Below are positions 18,965 to 27,651 of a stretch of DNA of 64,000 nt, one piece after another. A program made the translations under genes and the position numbers. The DNA is from an uncultured Ruminococcus sp. (GTDB taxonomy: Bacteria > Bacillota > Clostridia > Oscillospirales > CAG-272): positions 32,698 through 96,697 of the forward strand of contig CAYXBQ010000005.1 of assembly GCA_964463375.1 (NCBI GenBank). The letters run 5' to 3'. Below the pieces are notes generated by a model. It made no database searches. It had not been told where the DNA came from and was given only the letters and a program-made list of their open reading frames with translations. How positions within the stretch are numbered: the stretch's first letter is position 1; each line of letters opens with the position of its first letter.

Positions 18965-20512
18965 ATGGCATATCAGCTTTATCCTGTACAGCCATGCGAC
19001 CTTTGGCAGTATGGTTCTCTGCCGGGGGAAAAGGAGCGTGTCAGATATACGGTACAGATCGACGGAAAGCCTGCTACAACGAACAAGGCCAGAGTGTCCG
19101 CTATGCCGTACAACAGACGTTGGCCGGGACACCAGCGGGATCTGGAGCAAACGGAGATCATCGATTTTCTATCCTTCTCCATGGATGCGCCGGTGACGAT
19201 CGATATTCTGCCGCCGGAACCCTTTACGGATGTTGTCATTCGCCCCCATTCGTTGGGGATCACACCAGAGATCACGCCGGACGGACACATCCGCTTTACC
19301 CTGCCCCATGCGGCCTATTGCACAGTGGAACCCTACGGTCGGCGAAATGCGCTGCACATTTTTGCGGATCCGGCACAGGACTATGGTGTTTCCGCAGAGG
19401 ATGCACATACGCTGTATTTTGCGTCGGGCGTGCATGAGGTGGGACAGATCGAGTTACATTCCGGAGATACACTGTATTTAGCGGACGGTGCGGTGGTGTA
19501 CGGCTGCATTACGGCCATAGATGCGGAAAGCATACGGATCATAGGCCATGGGATCCTGGACAACAGCCACAATCGAGAGCATATCCTGTATGAATCCCAC
19601 ACGGAGAACAACGATAGTGCCGTGAACAATGCGACCCGGCAGCATACGATCCAGTTGGAGTATTGTACCAATGTGTTGATCGATGGTATTACGATCCGGG
19701 ATTCGCTGGTGTACAATGTGCGGCCCATCGGTTGTCGAGGGCTGACCATTCGCAATGTGAAGATCATTGGCTGCTGGCGGTTCAACTCCGATGGGATCGA
19801 TATGCACAACTGCGAGGATGTTTGTATCGAACACTGTTTCTTGCGTACCTTTGACGATTCCATTTGCGTAAAGGGCTTCGATTGCTACTACGAAGGCGAT
19901 GTGGAGGCGGCGGTGCAGGCAGCGATGTACCGGAATGGGCAGGCCTACGATGTGTTCCGGCGTGTGCTGGTGCGGGACTGCGTGATCTGGAACGACTGGG
20001 GCAAGTGTCTGGAGATCGGTGCGGAGACACGGGCTGAGGAGATCTGCGATATTGTGTTCGAGGATTGCGATGTGATCCACACCTGCGGGACGATCCTGGA
20101 CTGTTGCAACGTGGACTATGCGGATGTACATGACGTGACCTACCGACGTATTCGGGTGGAAGTGGACGAGGATGTGCCGATCCCCCGGATCCAGAATTTG
20201 GACAGTGTTCCCTATGGGGAGATCGTGCCGGGGTACACGCCGACCTTGATCGGGGCGTATGTGCTGTTCCATCATGAATATTCCGCTGGTGGAACAAGAC
20301 GAGGCAAGAATCGGTCGTTGGTATTTGAGGACATTCATGTGTACGGTGGCGGTGTGCCGGTCTTTGATTTTGCGGGCTACAGCGATGCATTTGGCTGTAC
20401 AGATATTGTGATCCGGAATGTGTATCACGATGGTGTATTGCTCACGGAGCCGGAAAGCTATCATTTGTCCGTTGGCGCACATTGCCAAAATATTCGGTAT
20501 ACCCATTCGTAA
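18965..20512 (+). CDS. GH28-like beta-helix glycosidase, paralogue A
   Basis: ATG at 18965, 8 nt after aaaggtgg. RFNSDGIDMHNCEDVCIEHCFLRTFDDSICVKG resembles the GH28 NTDG / DD-x-x-K catalytic region. No signal peptide. Confidence 0.65.
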   Translation: MAYQLYPVQPCDLWQYGSLPGEKERVRYTVQIDGKPATTNKARVSAMPYNRRWPGHQRDLEQTEIIDFLSFSMDAPVTIDILPPEPFTDVVIRPHSLGITPEITPDGHIRFTLPHAAYCTVEPYGRRNALHIFADPAQDYGVSAEDAHTLYFASGVHEVGQIELHSGDTLYLADGAVVYGCITAIDAESIRIIGHGILDNSHNREHILYESHTENNDSAVNNATRQHTIQLEYCTNVLIDGITIRDSLVYNVRPIGCRGLTIRNVKIIGCWRFNSDGIDMHNCEDVCIEHCFLRTFDDSICVKGFDCYYEGDVEAAVQAAMYRNGQAYDVFRRVLVRDCVIWNDWGKCLEIGAETRAEEICDIVFEDCDVIHTCGTILDCCNVDYADVHDVTYRRIRVEVDEDVPIPRIQNLDSVPYGEIVPGYTPTLIGAYVLFHHEYSAGGTRRGKNRSLVFEDIHVYGGGVPVFDFAGYSDAFGCTDIVIRNVYHDGVLLTEPESYHLSVGAHCQNIRYTHS

Positions 20513-20527
20513 TAAGGAGGATATAGT

Positions 20528-22042
20528 ATGATCACGTGGTCTCGCTTTACGCACGAATATACCAAATCCTACTACAAATATGTAGAGCCGTTGTCGGCGG
20601 ATTATACCGTTTGGGTACAGGGCGAAGAAGTGCCGGTATACACCTGTCGGATTTCTGCCTATCCGCTGAACCGGGTATGGCCTGGATTCCAGCGGCCTAT
20701 CGACCAAACGGAGCTGGCATCCTTTGTGAATCTGGTCAGTGACGAACCGGTAACGCTGACGATCGAAGCGAAAAGACCCTACGACCGGCTGCTCATCAAG
20801 CCATACTCCCGTGGGATCGTACCCGGTGAAAAGGATGGAAAAATCACCTTCACGGTGCCGGTGGACAGTCAGTTGGTATTGGAAACGGACAGCTATCACC
20901 ATTGCCTGTACATCTTCAACAGCCGACCGATCCCCTGCCCTGACCCAGCAGATGTGACCCATTATTTTGGACCTGGTATCCATATGCCCGGCAAGGTCAC
21001 GTTGCATACCGGAGACAGTGTGTATGTAGACAAAGATGCGTTGGTATTTGGCTGTCTGTATGCGGAAGATGCGGAGGACATTCATATTTTCGGCAATGGT
21101 GTGCTGGATGATAGCAATGAGGCACGGTTCCACAACTATTGCTATGAGCCGTATACAAATGGAAACTTGAAGTTTTATGATTGCAAGAATCTACGGGTCG
21201 AAGGGATCCTGTGTAAGGATTCTGCCATTTGGTGTCTCAATTTGTTCCACTGCTTGGATGTGCAAGTGGATGGGATCAAGATCTTTGGGCAGTGGCGGTA
21301 CAACACGGATGGGATCGACATTGTGAACTGCCAGCACATCACGATCCGCAACAGCTTCATCCACTCCTTTGACGACACCATCACCATCAAGGGGATCGAC
21401 CGATATGCAACGACCAACAACGAGCATATTTTGACGGAGCATTGTGTGCTGTGGTGCGACTGGGGCAAGACCTGCGAGGTGGGGATCGAGACAGCGTGCC
21501 AGCGGTATCGGGATATCACCTTCCGGGACTGTGATCTACTCCGTGCGGGCAATACAGCGATGGACATCATGGATGGGGATTGTGCGGAGATCTCAGATAT
21601 TACCTTTGAAAATATCCGTGTGGAATACGAACGGTTCTATACGGGGTCTCAGTATCAAGGATCGGACGACACGGTGTACACACAGCAAAATACCATCGAG
21701 ATCGCTGCACTGGTGGGTTTTTCCAATCCGATATGGCGCAGTCCGGACACGGTGGCGACCTGGGGGATCCCTGGAACGCTGCTTACGCCACTGGAGCTGT
21801 CGGAGATACGCTGTGGTGTGATCCATGATGTGGTGTGTCGAGACATTGCGGTATATTATGATACGGCGATCGGTTTGCGGGAAGATGGGCGGTATCCATT
21901 GCCTATTCGCATTTGGTCGTGCCGGGATGGGGTGCGCTTTGCCAATATTCTGGTGGAGAATGTATCGGTCAATGGAGTACGCCTCACAGAGGAGACAGCG
22001 GTATTGGAAGTACGGGACACCGATGGATTTGTGTTCCGATAA
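20528..22042 (+). CDS. GH28-like beta-helix glycosidase, paralogue B
   Basis: SD taaggagg. RYNTDGIDIVNCQHITIRNSFIHSFDDTITIKG. Collinear similarity to paralogue A, including the N-terminal domain (SAYPLNRVWPGFQRPIDQTE versus SAMPYNRRWPGHQRDLEQTE). Confidence 0.65.
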   Translation: MITWSRFTHEYTKSYYKYVEPLSADYTVWVQGEEVPVYTCRISAYPLNRVWPGFQRPIDQTELASFVNLVSDEPVTLTIEAKRPYDRLLIKPYSRGIVPGEKDGKITFTVPVDSQLVLETDSYHHCLYIFNSRPIPCPDPADVTHYFGPGIHMPGKVTLHTGDSVYVDKDALVFGCLYAEDAEDIHIFGNGVLDDSNEARFHNYCYEPYTNGNLKFYDCKNLRVEGILCKDSAIWCLNLFHCLDVQVDGIKIFGQWRYNTDGIDIVNCQHITIRNSFIHSFDDTITIKGIDRYATTNNEHILTEHCVLWCDWGKTCEVGIETACQRYRDITFRDCDLLRAGNTAMDIMDGDCAEISDITFENIRVEYERFYTGSQYQGSDDTVYTQQNTIEIAALVGFSNPIWRSPDTVATWGIPGTLLTPLELSEIRCGVIHDVVCRDIAVYYDTAIGLREDGRYPLPIRIWSCRDGVRFANILVENVSVNGVRLTEETAVLEVRDTDGFVFR

Positions 22043-22056
22043 AGAGTAAGCAAAAC

Positions 22057-22092
22057 AAAACCGGGTATGGTTAAGCCATAGCCCGGTTTTCG
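22057..22092. terminator. Bidirectional terminator
   Basis: aaaaccgggtatgg ttaag ccatagcccggtttt, flanked by A-run and T-run, between convergent genes. Confidence 0.65.
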
Positions 22093-22103
22093 TTATGGGG
22101 TCA

Positions 22104-22385
22104 TCACGGCAGCAGTTCTGCTAACACTTCCGTGAGCGTGCAAGGGGTCACTGTGCCTCGGCAAAGCTGCCAAAATAGCTGCAATGCCAGCTGCCGATCG
22201 GTGGTCACATTCTGTACGGTACTTTCTTCTTGCTGGTGGTTGATCTTGGTCAGCTTTACGGCTATAGAATAATACCGCAGACCATTGGGCAGGGTGTCTT
22301 CCAGCAGGATGTATACGATCGTACCAACACAGGGAATGTTGATCGTTTGGGTACAGACCTTTTGCTGTAGCTGTGTGTAGAGCAT
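22104..22385 (-). CDS. Small conserved hypothetical protein (93 aa, possibly DUF6514-like)
   Basis: ATG at 22385 preceded by aaggaggtg. C-terminal ...VTPCTLTEVLAELLP. The longer 138-aa track ORF runs into AT-rich non-coding DNA. Confidence 0.5.
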   Translation of the reverse strand: MLYTQLQQKVCTQTINIPCVGTIVYILLEDTLPNGLRYYSIAVKLTKINHQQEESTVQNVTTDRQLALQLFWQLCRGTVTPCTLTEVLAELLP

Positions 22386-22726
22386 TGTGTTCACCTCCTT
22401 CTTATCTGAGTTACTTGGTTTTTGGCCTTGCAAATAACCATGAATAGTATACCATAGAATCTGCATCTGTGCATTAAATCTGGAAAATTTTTCAACTTTT
22501 TTGAAAATTTTTTGTACCACAATATATTGCGTTTCTACAGTTATAAAAATACCATACGTTGTAAAATTTGATTTTGTAGAACAGCATTATTCGCGTTTTG
22601 AATTTCATGACATTTTTTTGTGTCAGGAAAATGGGCGGATTTTGGGCTTTTTTAGTGGCAAAAACAGCAAAAAAAGAACCACGTTCCCTCCTGTCACAGG
22701 GACGTAGTTCTTCCATATTTTTGTGG

Positions 22727-23923
22727 TTATTTCGCTTGTTTTGTATCCAATTCGTTGCCGTATCGATCGTATAAAATCGCATTGTCCTTTTTCGATTTAT
22801 GCCACACGTTGGTCTCTCCCGCCCAGATGAGCGCTTCGTTGGAGCCGGCACAGCCTATGGTAATACTTTCTCCGGCAGGCAATACGGTACCTTCCGGGAA
22901 GACGAACAGTTCACTGCCTCGGTCGGAATAGAGATAATAGCCGGTCAGGTCGGTGGTATCGCCGGTATTCTCAATGGTGATCGTCTGGTCCTCAATGGAT
23001 ACAGCGGTGATCGTGAGACTGGCCGTGGGAGGAACTTCGATTTTTGCATTGGTGATATACCGAAAGGTGTCTTGCAGATCGATGCACCAGCCCAGGTCTG
23101 CGTCTTCTGTTAGGCGTACTTCCCCAGTCTGGCGTAGGCGAGCGATGACCTTTTCATTTGCGGTGTCCGGATCGGTCTCGGTGTTACAGCAAATGATGGA
23201 AAGGTTTGGTGTACATGCATCTAAGAAAGCTTGACTGGTGGCACCTTTGCGGCCATGATACGGCACCTTTAGTATGTCGCAGTCCAAACGATAGCCGGTG
23301 GAAAGCAGATCTGCTTCTTCGAGCTCCTTCATATCGCCTGTGAATAATACCGTTTCTTCGCCACATTCTAACCGTAGGATCAACGAATTGTTGTTTTCTT
23401 CATCCGGATACAACGTGATGGGACATAGTACGTCCAAATACAGACCTTCGTCTCCAATGGGCACGGACTGACCTGGTGTCAGGGTCTCATAGGGGATCTC
23501 GTTCGCCAAAGCGGCATAGGTGTCCGGTGCTTCGTTCAAGGCGGCGGTGTACAGTTTCCCAATGGAATATCGCTGCCGGATACCGTTCCAGCCACCGATA
23601 TGATCCTTGTCCGAATGGGTCAGGAACACGGCTTCGATGGCTTCTGTATCCATATAGGCAAGGGCTGCTAAGATCTGGGGGACGGAGCTGTCCTCGCCGG
23701 TATCGATCAGGTAGGTCTTGCCGTCGGCTTCCAGGATCGTGCAGTCCGCTTTGCCGGCATTCACAAACAACATCCGCACTGTGTGGTCACCGCTGTCCAT
23801 GGCAAAGGTGTCCTCCGACAAAGTGGCAGGATCGATGTTTGCATGGGGCTGCGTATCGGTGGTGGGATCTGCGCTACAGCCGGTCAGAAGCAGCACCAGC
23901 AGCAGTGTTACAGCTTTTTTCAT
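22727..23923 (-). CDS. Lipoprotein with a ComEC-type MBL-fold hydrolase domain and a C-terminal lamin-tail (LTD) domain
   Basis: Lipobox LLVLLLTGC|S. MBL motif AVFLTHSDKDHIGG. C-terminus TITIENTGDTTDLTGYYLYSDRGSELFVFPEGTVLPAGESITIGCAG is an LTD-like beta-sandwich. SD aaggaag lies 7 nt before the ATG at 23923. Terminator hairpin at 22672-22715. Confidence 0.7.
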   Translation of the reverse strand: MKKAVTLLLVLLLTGCSADPTTDTQPHANIDPATLSEDTFAMDSGDHTVRMLFVNAGKADCTILEADGKTYLIDTGEDSSVPQILAALAYMDTEAIEAVFLTHSDKDHIGGWNGIRQRYSIGKLYTAALNEAPDTYAALANEIPYETLTPGQSVPIGDEGLYLDVLCPITLYPDEENNNSLILRLECGEETVLFTGDMKELEEADLLSTGYRLDCDILKVPYHGRKGATSQAFLDACTPNLSIICCNTETDPDTANEKVIARLRQTGEVRLTEDADLGWCIDLQDTFRYITNAKIEVPPTASLTITAVSIEDQTITIENTGDTTDLTGYYLYSDRGSELFVFPEGTVLPAGESITIGCAGSNEALIWAGETNVWHKSKKDNAILYDRYGNELDTKQAK

Positions 23924-23938
23924 GGACAAACTTCCTTT

Positions 23939-25771
23939 TTATGGCGTATCCGCATTGGCCAGCAGACAGAAACGATAGAGCACATCCGCCATTTCTCCAC
24001 GTTGTACATCGCCCATGGGGATCAGGGTATATTGGTACTTCTCCGGCACAAGGCCATTGGTGTAGCAATAGTCTACCCCACTGAGCGCCCAATCCGACAC
24101 GGTGGTGCGGTCGATGGTCTGCAGCTGCATGGTCGTTTCGATTCCATATTTCATGCTACGGCAGACCGAAGCCAAGACGGCGTACATTTCTTCTCGGCTG
24201 ACCGTTCCCTCCGGATCAAACTGACCATTGCCAATACCCGTCATATAGCCGCAGGCCGTGACCCAATCCACATAGGGGGCATACCAGCTTGTGGGATCCA
24301 CATCGGTATACAGAATTTTGCCGGTGTAGGTCGTGGGATCATATCGGTGCAGACGGCTGAGTATGGTGGCAAACTGGGCTCTGGTCATGGGACTGCTGGG
24401 ATCAAAGGTGGTCTGCGACAGGCCGTTCATGATGTTGTTCTCATAGAGATATTCCACCGCACGATAGTACGGGGAAACACGGGACACATCGGAGAACGGC
24501 AGGAACACGTTTTCAATGATCGCTTTCTCTTCGGTATAGCGCATGGGAATGGACTCCATATAGGAGGTAGTATTGCGGTCGGGTGTGTCGCCTACTAAGT
24601 AGTCCATTTGGTTTTTCCAATAATTCGCCCAAATATCGATGCCATAGATGTTCATCCCGGCATCCTCCAGAGAGAGCAGCTCTGCCCTTTCCCCGCTGGA
24701 TGGGTTGACGCGCCAGATGGTCGTTGGGGTGTTCAGGTATATGTACCCATTGTAGATACCCAGACCGGTGTACAGTCCCTTCCAATAGGGATCGTCGCCG
24801 CTGCAGGGACCTGCCGGATCCACATACCAATGCTCGGTGAAGGTAAAGATGGTCCGCCGGTTGAAGCCGGAGAAATATATGCGGTACAGTGTTCGGTCGG
24901 CATCGTCCACATAATACCAGGTGTCGTTGAGATACAGCATCCGGGTATCGCTTGCCTGCCAGAAGGCGTCGCTGTAGCGGTCGTCTTGACAAACATACAT
25001 GCTGCTCCAGCCCCAATGGGGACCTTGACCGAAGTCCTGCTGCATAGCCTCGTCGGACAGCAGAAAATGGTTGTGGAGCACCTGCCCCGGCCTATCCGGC
25101 TTGGGATCGTCGTATACCAGATCCACATGGTACCATTCCCCATCGATCTGCACCAGATTCCAGGAATGGTTCATTTCCTTGCTGACCACCATGAAGCAGG
25201 GGATGTTCAGCTCTCGCATGATGGCGATGTAACACAGCGAATAGGCCTGGCACACGCCCTTGCGTTCTTCCAGAAAATGGTATACATCATAAATGGATTC
25301 ATCTGCGTCGTAGGCATAAGAGGAGATCAGGTAGTCGTGTACATACAATGCCTTTTCCGCATCAGACAACGCCATGGCTTCCACTTCCTGCACCAGATAG
25401 GAGATCTCCTGCTCGTAGAACGCTTCACACTCTGTTCGGCGGGTGTAGGACATATTGTATGTAAAGGACAGGGAGATCACCAGTCCATCCTGGTTGTACC
25501 GGTACACCAGCTTTTGATCGGCATAGAAAAACTCCGGGCTATTGTACATGACATCCGTGAAGACGTGCATGATCTCATAGTCCTTGATCCGCCACATGGA
25601 AACATCTAAGTAAGACTGCTGTGCATCGATGGCTTCGTATATGGCGTTATACACTTGTCTATAGTTTCGAATGGTCTCGGAGGCCGGTTCGATCGTATAG
25701 ACAGCCGCTGTAGACCATGCCATGCCAATGGACAGTCCCACAGCCAAAAGAATACCGAACAGTTTTTTCAT
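23939..25771 (-). CDS. Secreted transglutaminase-like cysteine protease-fold protein with C-terminal SLH domains
   Basis: Signal peptide present. Cys-His-Asp core: KGVCQAYSLCY, NHSWNLVQIDGEWYHVDLVYDD. Three SLH-like repeats follow (FSDVS...MTRAQFATILSRL, YTDVD...VSREEMYAVLA, ...VQRGEMADVLYRF). Confidence 0.75.
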   Translation of the reverse strand: MKKLFGILLAVGLSIGMAWSTAAVYTIEPASETIRNYRQVYNAIYEAIDAQQSYLDVSMWRIKDYEIMHVFTDVMYNSPEFFYADQKLVYRYNQDGLVISLSFTYNMSYTRRTECEAFYEQEISYLVQEVEAMALSDAEKALYVHDYLISSYAYDADESIYDVYHFLEERKGVCQAYSLCYIAIMRELNIPCFMVVSKEMNHSWNLVQIDGEWYHVDLVYDDPKPDRPGQVLHNHFLLSDEAMQQDFGQGPHWGWSSMYVCQDDRYSDAFWQASDTRMLYLNDTWYYVDDADRTLYRIYFSGFNRRTIFTFTEHWYVDPAGPCSGDDPYWKGLYTGLGIYNGYIYLNTPTTIWRVNPSSGERAELLSLEDAGMNIYGIDIWANYWKNQMDYLVGDTPDRNTTSYMESIPMRYTEEKAIIENVFLPFSDVSRVSPYYRAVEYLYENNIMNGLSQTTFDPSSPMTRAQFATILSRLHRYDPTTYTGKILYTDVDPTSWYAPYVDWVTACGYMTGIGNGQFDPEGTVSREEMYAVLASVCRSMKYGIETTMQLQTIDRTTVSDWALSGVDYCYTNGLVPEKYQYTLIPMGDVQRGEMADVLYRFCLLANADTP

Positions 25772-25863
25772 GAATCAGAAAAGGATCCTTCCCATGTGTA
25801 TAGATCACGCTTGTGCCAATCCATGGGAAGAGATTCGTGCAGCACAGGTGGTTTGTGTAACGT

Positions 25864-26382
25864 TTACCGGATGATGCGGATGTAGTCGGGCTTTCTGTCC
25901 AGATCCGGGTGCAGGTCACCTTCGATATTGCCCAGGATCATGCAGCCGATACCGAAGACTTCCTGGGTGATGCCCCACTTTTGCAGCAGTGCCTTCCCTT
26001 CTTCGGTCTCAAACATCTGCTTGGCACGGTGGATGAAGCAGCAGCCCAGGCCGCAGGCGTATGCAGCGTTCAGCATATTGCCCATGATCAGGCAACCGTC
26101 TTCCATAGGTGTGCAGCCGTCTTTGATCCCCAGCACGATGACCACGGTGGGTGCGCCGTAGAAGGGATCGTTGTCGCCGCCCATGGCGTTCAGGTGAGAA
26201 AGGATGTCACGGGTCTCTTTATCCTGTACAGCTACGATCAGTGCGGATTGGGCATTGCGACCGGTGGGGGCGTGGGTGCCGCATTGCAAGATGATGTCCA
26301 GCTTTTCGGGATCGATCTGTTCGCTTGTGAACTGGCGGCAGCTCTTGCGGGCTAGCATATTCTGAATGGCTTCGTGATTCAT
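25864..26382 (-). CDS. Nitroreductase family protein
   Basis: ATG at 26382 after aggaggtacc. RKSCRQFTSEQIDPEKLDIILQCGTHAPTGRNAQ is the nitroreductase N-terminal signature. Confidence 0.8.
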   Translation of the reverse strand: MNHEAIQNMLARKSCRQFTSEQIDPEKLDIILQCGTHAPTGRNAQSALIVAVQDKETRDILSHLNAMGGDNDPFYGAPTVVIVLGIKDGCTPMEDGCLIMGNMLNAAYACGLGCCFIHRAKQMFETEEGKALLQKWGITQEVFGIGCMILGNIEGDLHPDLDRKPDYIRIIR

Positions 26383-26573
26383 AAGGTACCTCCTGTGTAT
26401 TTGAACAAATTTGTGTGCTGTATACGGTGTGTTGTCAACACTGTGGACATGGCTCATTCGCAGTTTTTCCACATTTCTCCATAAAATACCACAAGCCGGT
26501 GCCTGCCAAAATACGAGCAGGTCCGGCTGTGTATGGATCCAAAGATGCTATAGAATGATTGAAAGTCCTGTGA

Positions 26574-27377
26574 TTACTTTACGTCAAAGGGATCGATCAG
26601 GTTATGCATGTTCACCATCAGTTCCGGTACGGGAACGGTGCGGCCGCACTCGAATGCTAAGTATCTGTCGTAGCCCTTTTCCCGGATGGCCTTGAACACG
26701 TTGGTGTAGTTGATCTCACCGGTGCCGGGTTCGTTTCTGCCGGGGTTGTCACCGATGTGGAAGTGACCGATCAGATCGATGTTGTTCTGGATGTTGCGGA
26801 TCACGTTGCCTTCGGAGATCTGCTGATGATAGATATCGAACAGGATCTTACAGTTGGGGCTATCTACAGCCTTGATCATAGCCACGGCCTGTTCGGTGGT
26901 CACCAGGTAATAGCCCATGTGGTTCACCAGGATGTTCAGGGGTTCCAGCACGATCATGATGCCTTCGGCTTCTGCGATCTTGGACAGCTCCTTCAGCGTG
27001 CCAACGCAGGTGTTGAACTGTTCTTCGCTGGAAACGTCGCTGCGGAGATTACCAACAGTGGCGCAGATATTGGGTACACCCATGATCTTAGCAGCGGCAA
27101 CAGATTCCTTGAAGGACTGGATGAAGATCTCCCGGGTATCTTCCCAAACCATGCCGTGGGACCATGCCATCTGGGTATTGTAATCCGGATTTTCTCTGGA
27201 CTGGATGATGATACAGGTGGAAGTCACGCCGGTCTCATCCAGGGTAGCCTTTGCCTTAGCCAGATCCAGATGTGCCCAACCCAGCTGTTCTACTGCCTGA
27301 AAACCATACTTTGCGCCGGTGCGAACGTTCTGATACCAGTCGCCGCCAAACCAGCCGCCTGCTGCGGAAAATTTCAT
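26574..27377 (-). CDS. Hydroxypyruvate-isomerase-like sugar phosphate isomerase/epimerase (TIM barrel)
   Basis: 267 aa. MIVLEPLN, LFDIYHQQISEGN, HFHIGDNPGRNEPGTGEINY. Confidence 0.75.
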   Translation of the reverse strand: MKFSAAGGWFGGDWYQNVRTGAKYGFQAVEQLGWAHLDLAKAKATLDETGVTSTCIIIQSRENPDYNTQMAWSHGMVWEDTREIFIQSFKESVAAAKIMGVPNICATVGNLRSDVSSEEQFNTCVGTLKELSKIAEAEGIMIVLEPLNILVNHMGYYLVTTEQAVAMIKAVDSPNCKILFDIYHQQISEGNVIRNIQNNIDLIGHFHIGDNPGRNEPGTGEINYTNVFKAIREKGYDRYLAFECGRTVPVPELMVNMHNLIDPFDVK

Positions 27378-27651
27378 AATGGACCTATCCTTTCTGCATA
27401 TCTATTGTATGCACAAGCACACATGCGGTATGCGCATCGTGTACCTGGAGTGATTGGAAATATTCTGTATTCGGAGATCGGAGCCAAGACCAGCTCCATT
27501 CCTACGCACAACCATGTGCGATAGAATCTGGTATTATTGTACATGATTGGCGGCCGTTTGTCAACAGGAAATGACAAATTTACCCGGGAGAAAGTGGAAA
27601 ATTTTTCTTGTGGGGGGTGCTATATGGGAAAAACGCACAAAATCCAGCGAT

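Noticed and set aside
27427-27453. An imperfect inverted repeat ACACATGCG-n-CGCATCGTGT upstream of the hydroxypyruvate-isomerase-like gene, as a possible operator.
   Set aside because: It has one indel in a 9-bp arm, and its position relative to any promoter could not be established by eye.
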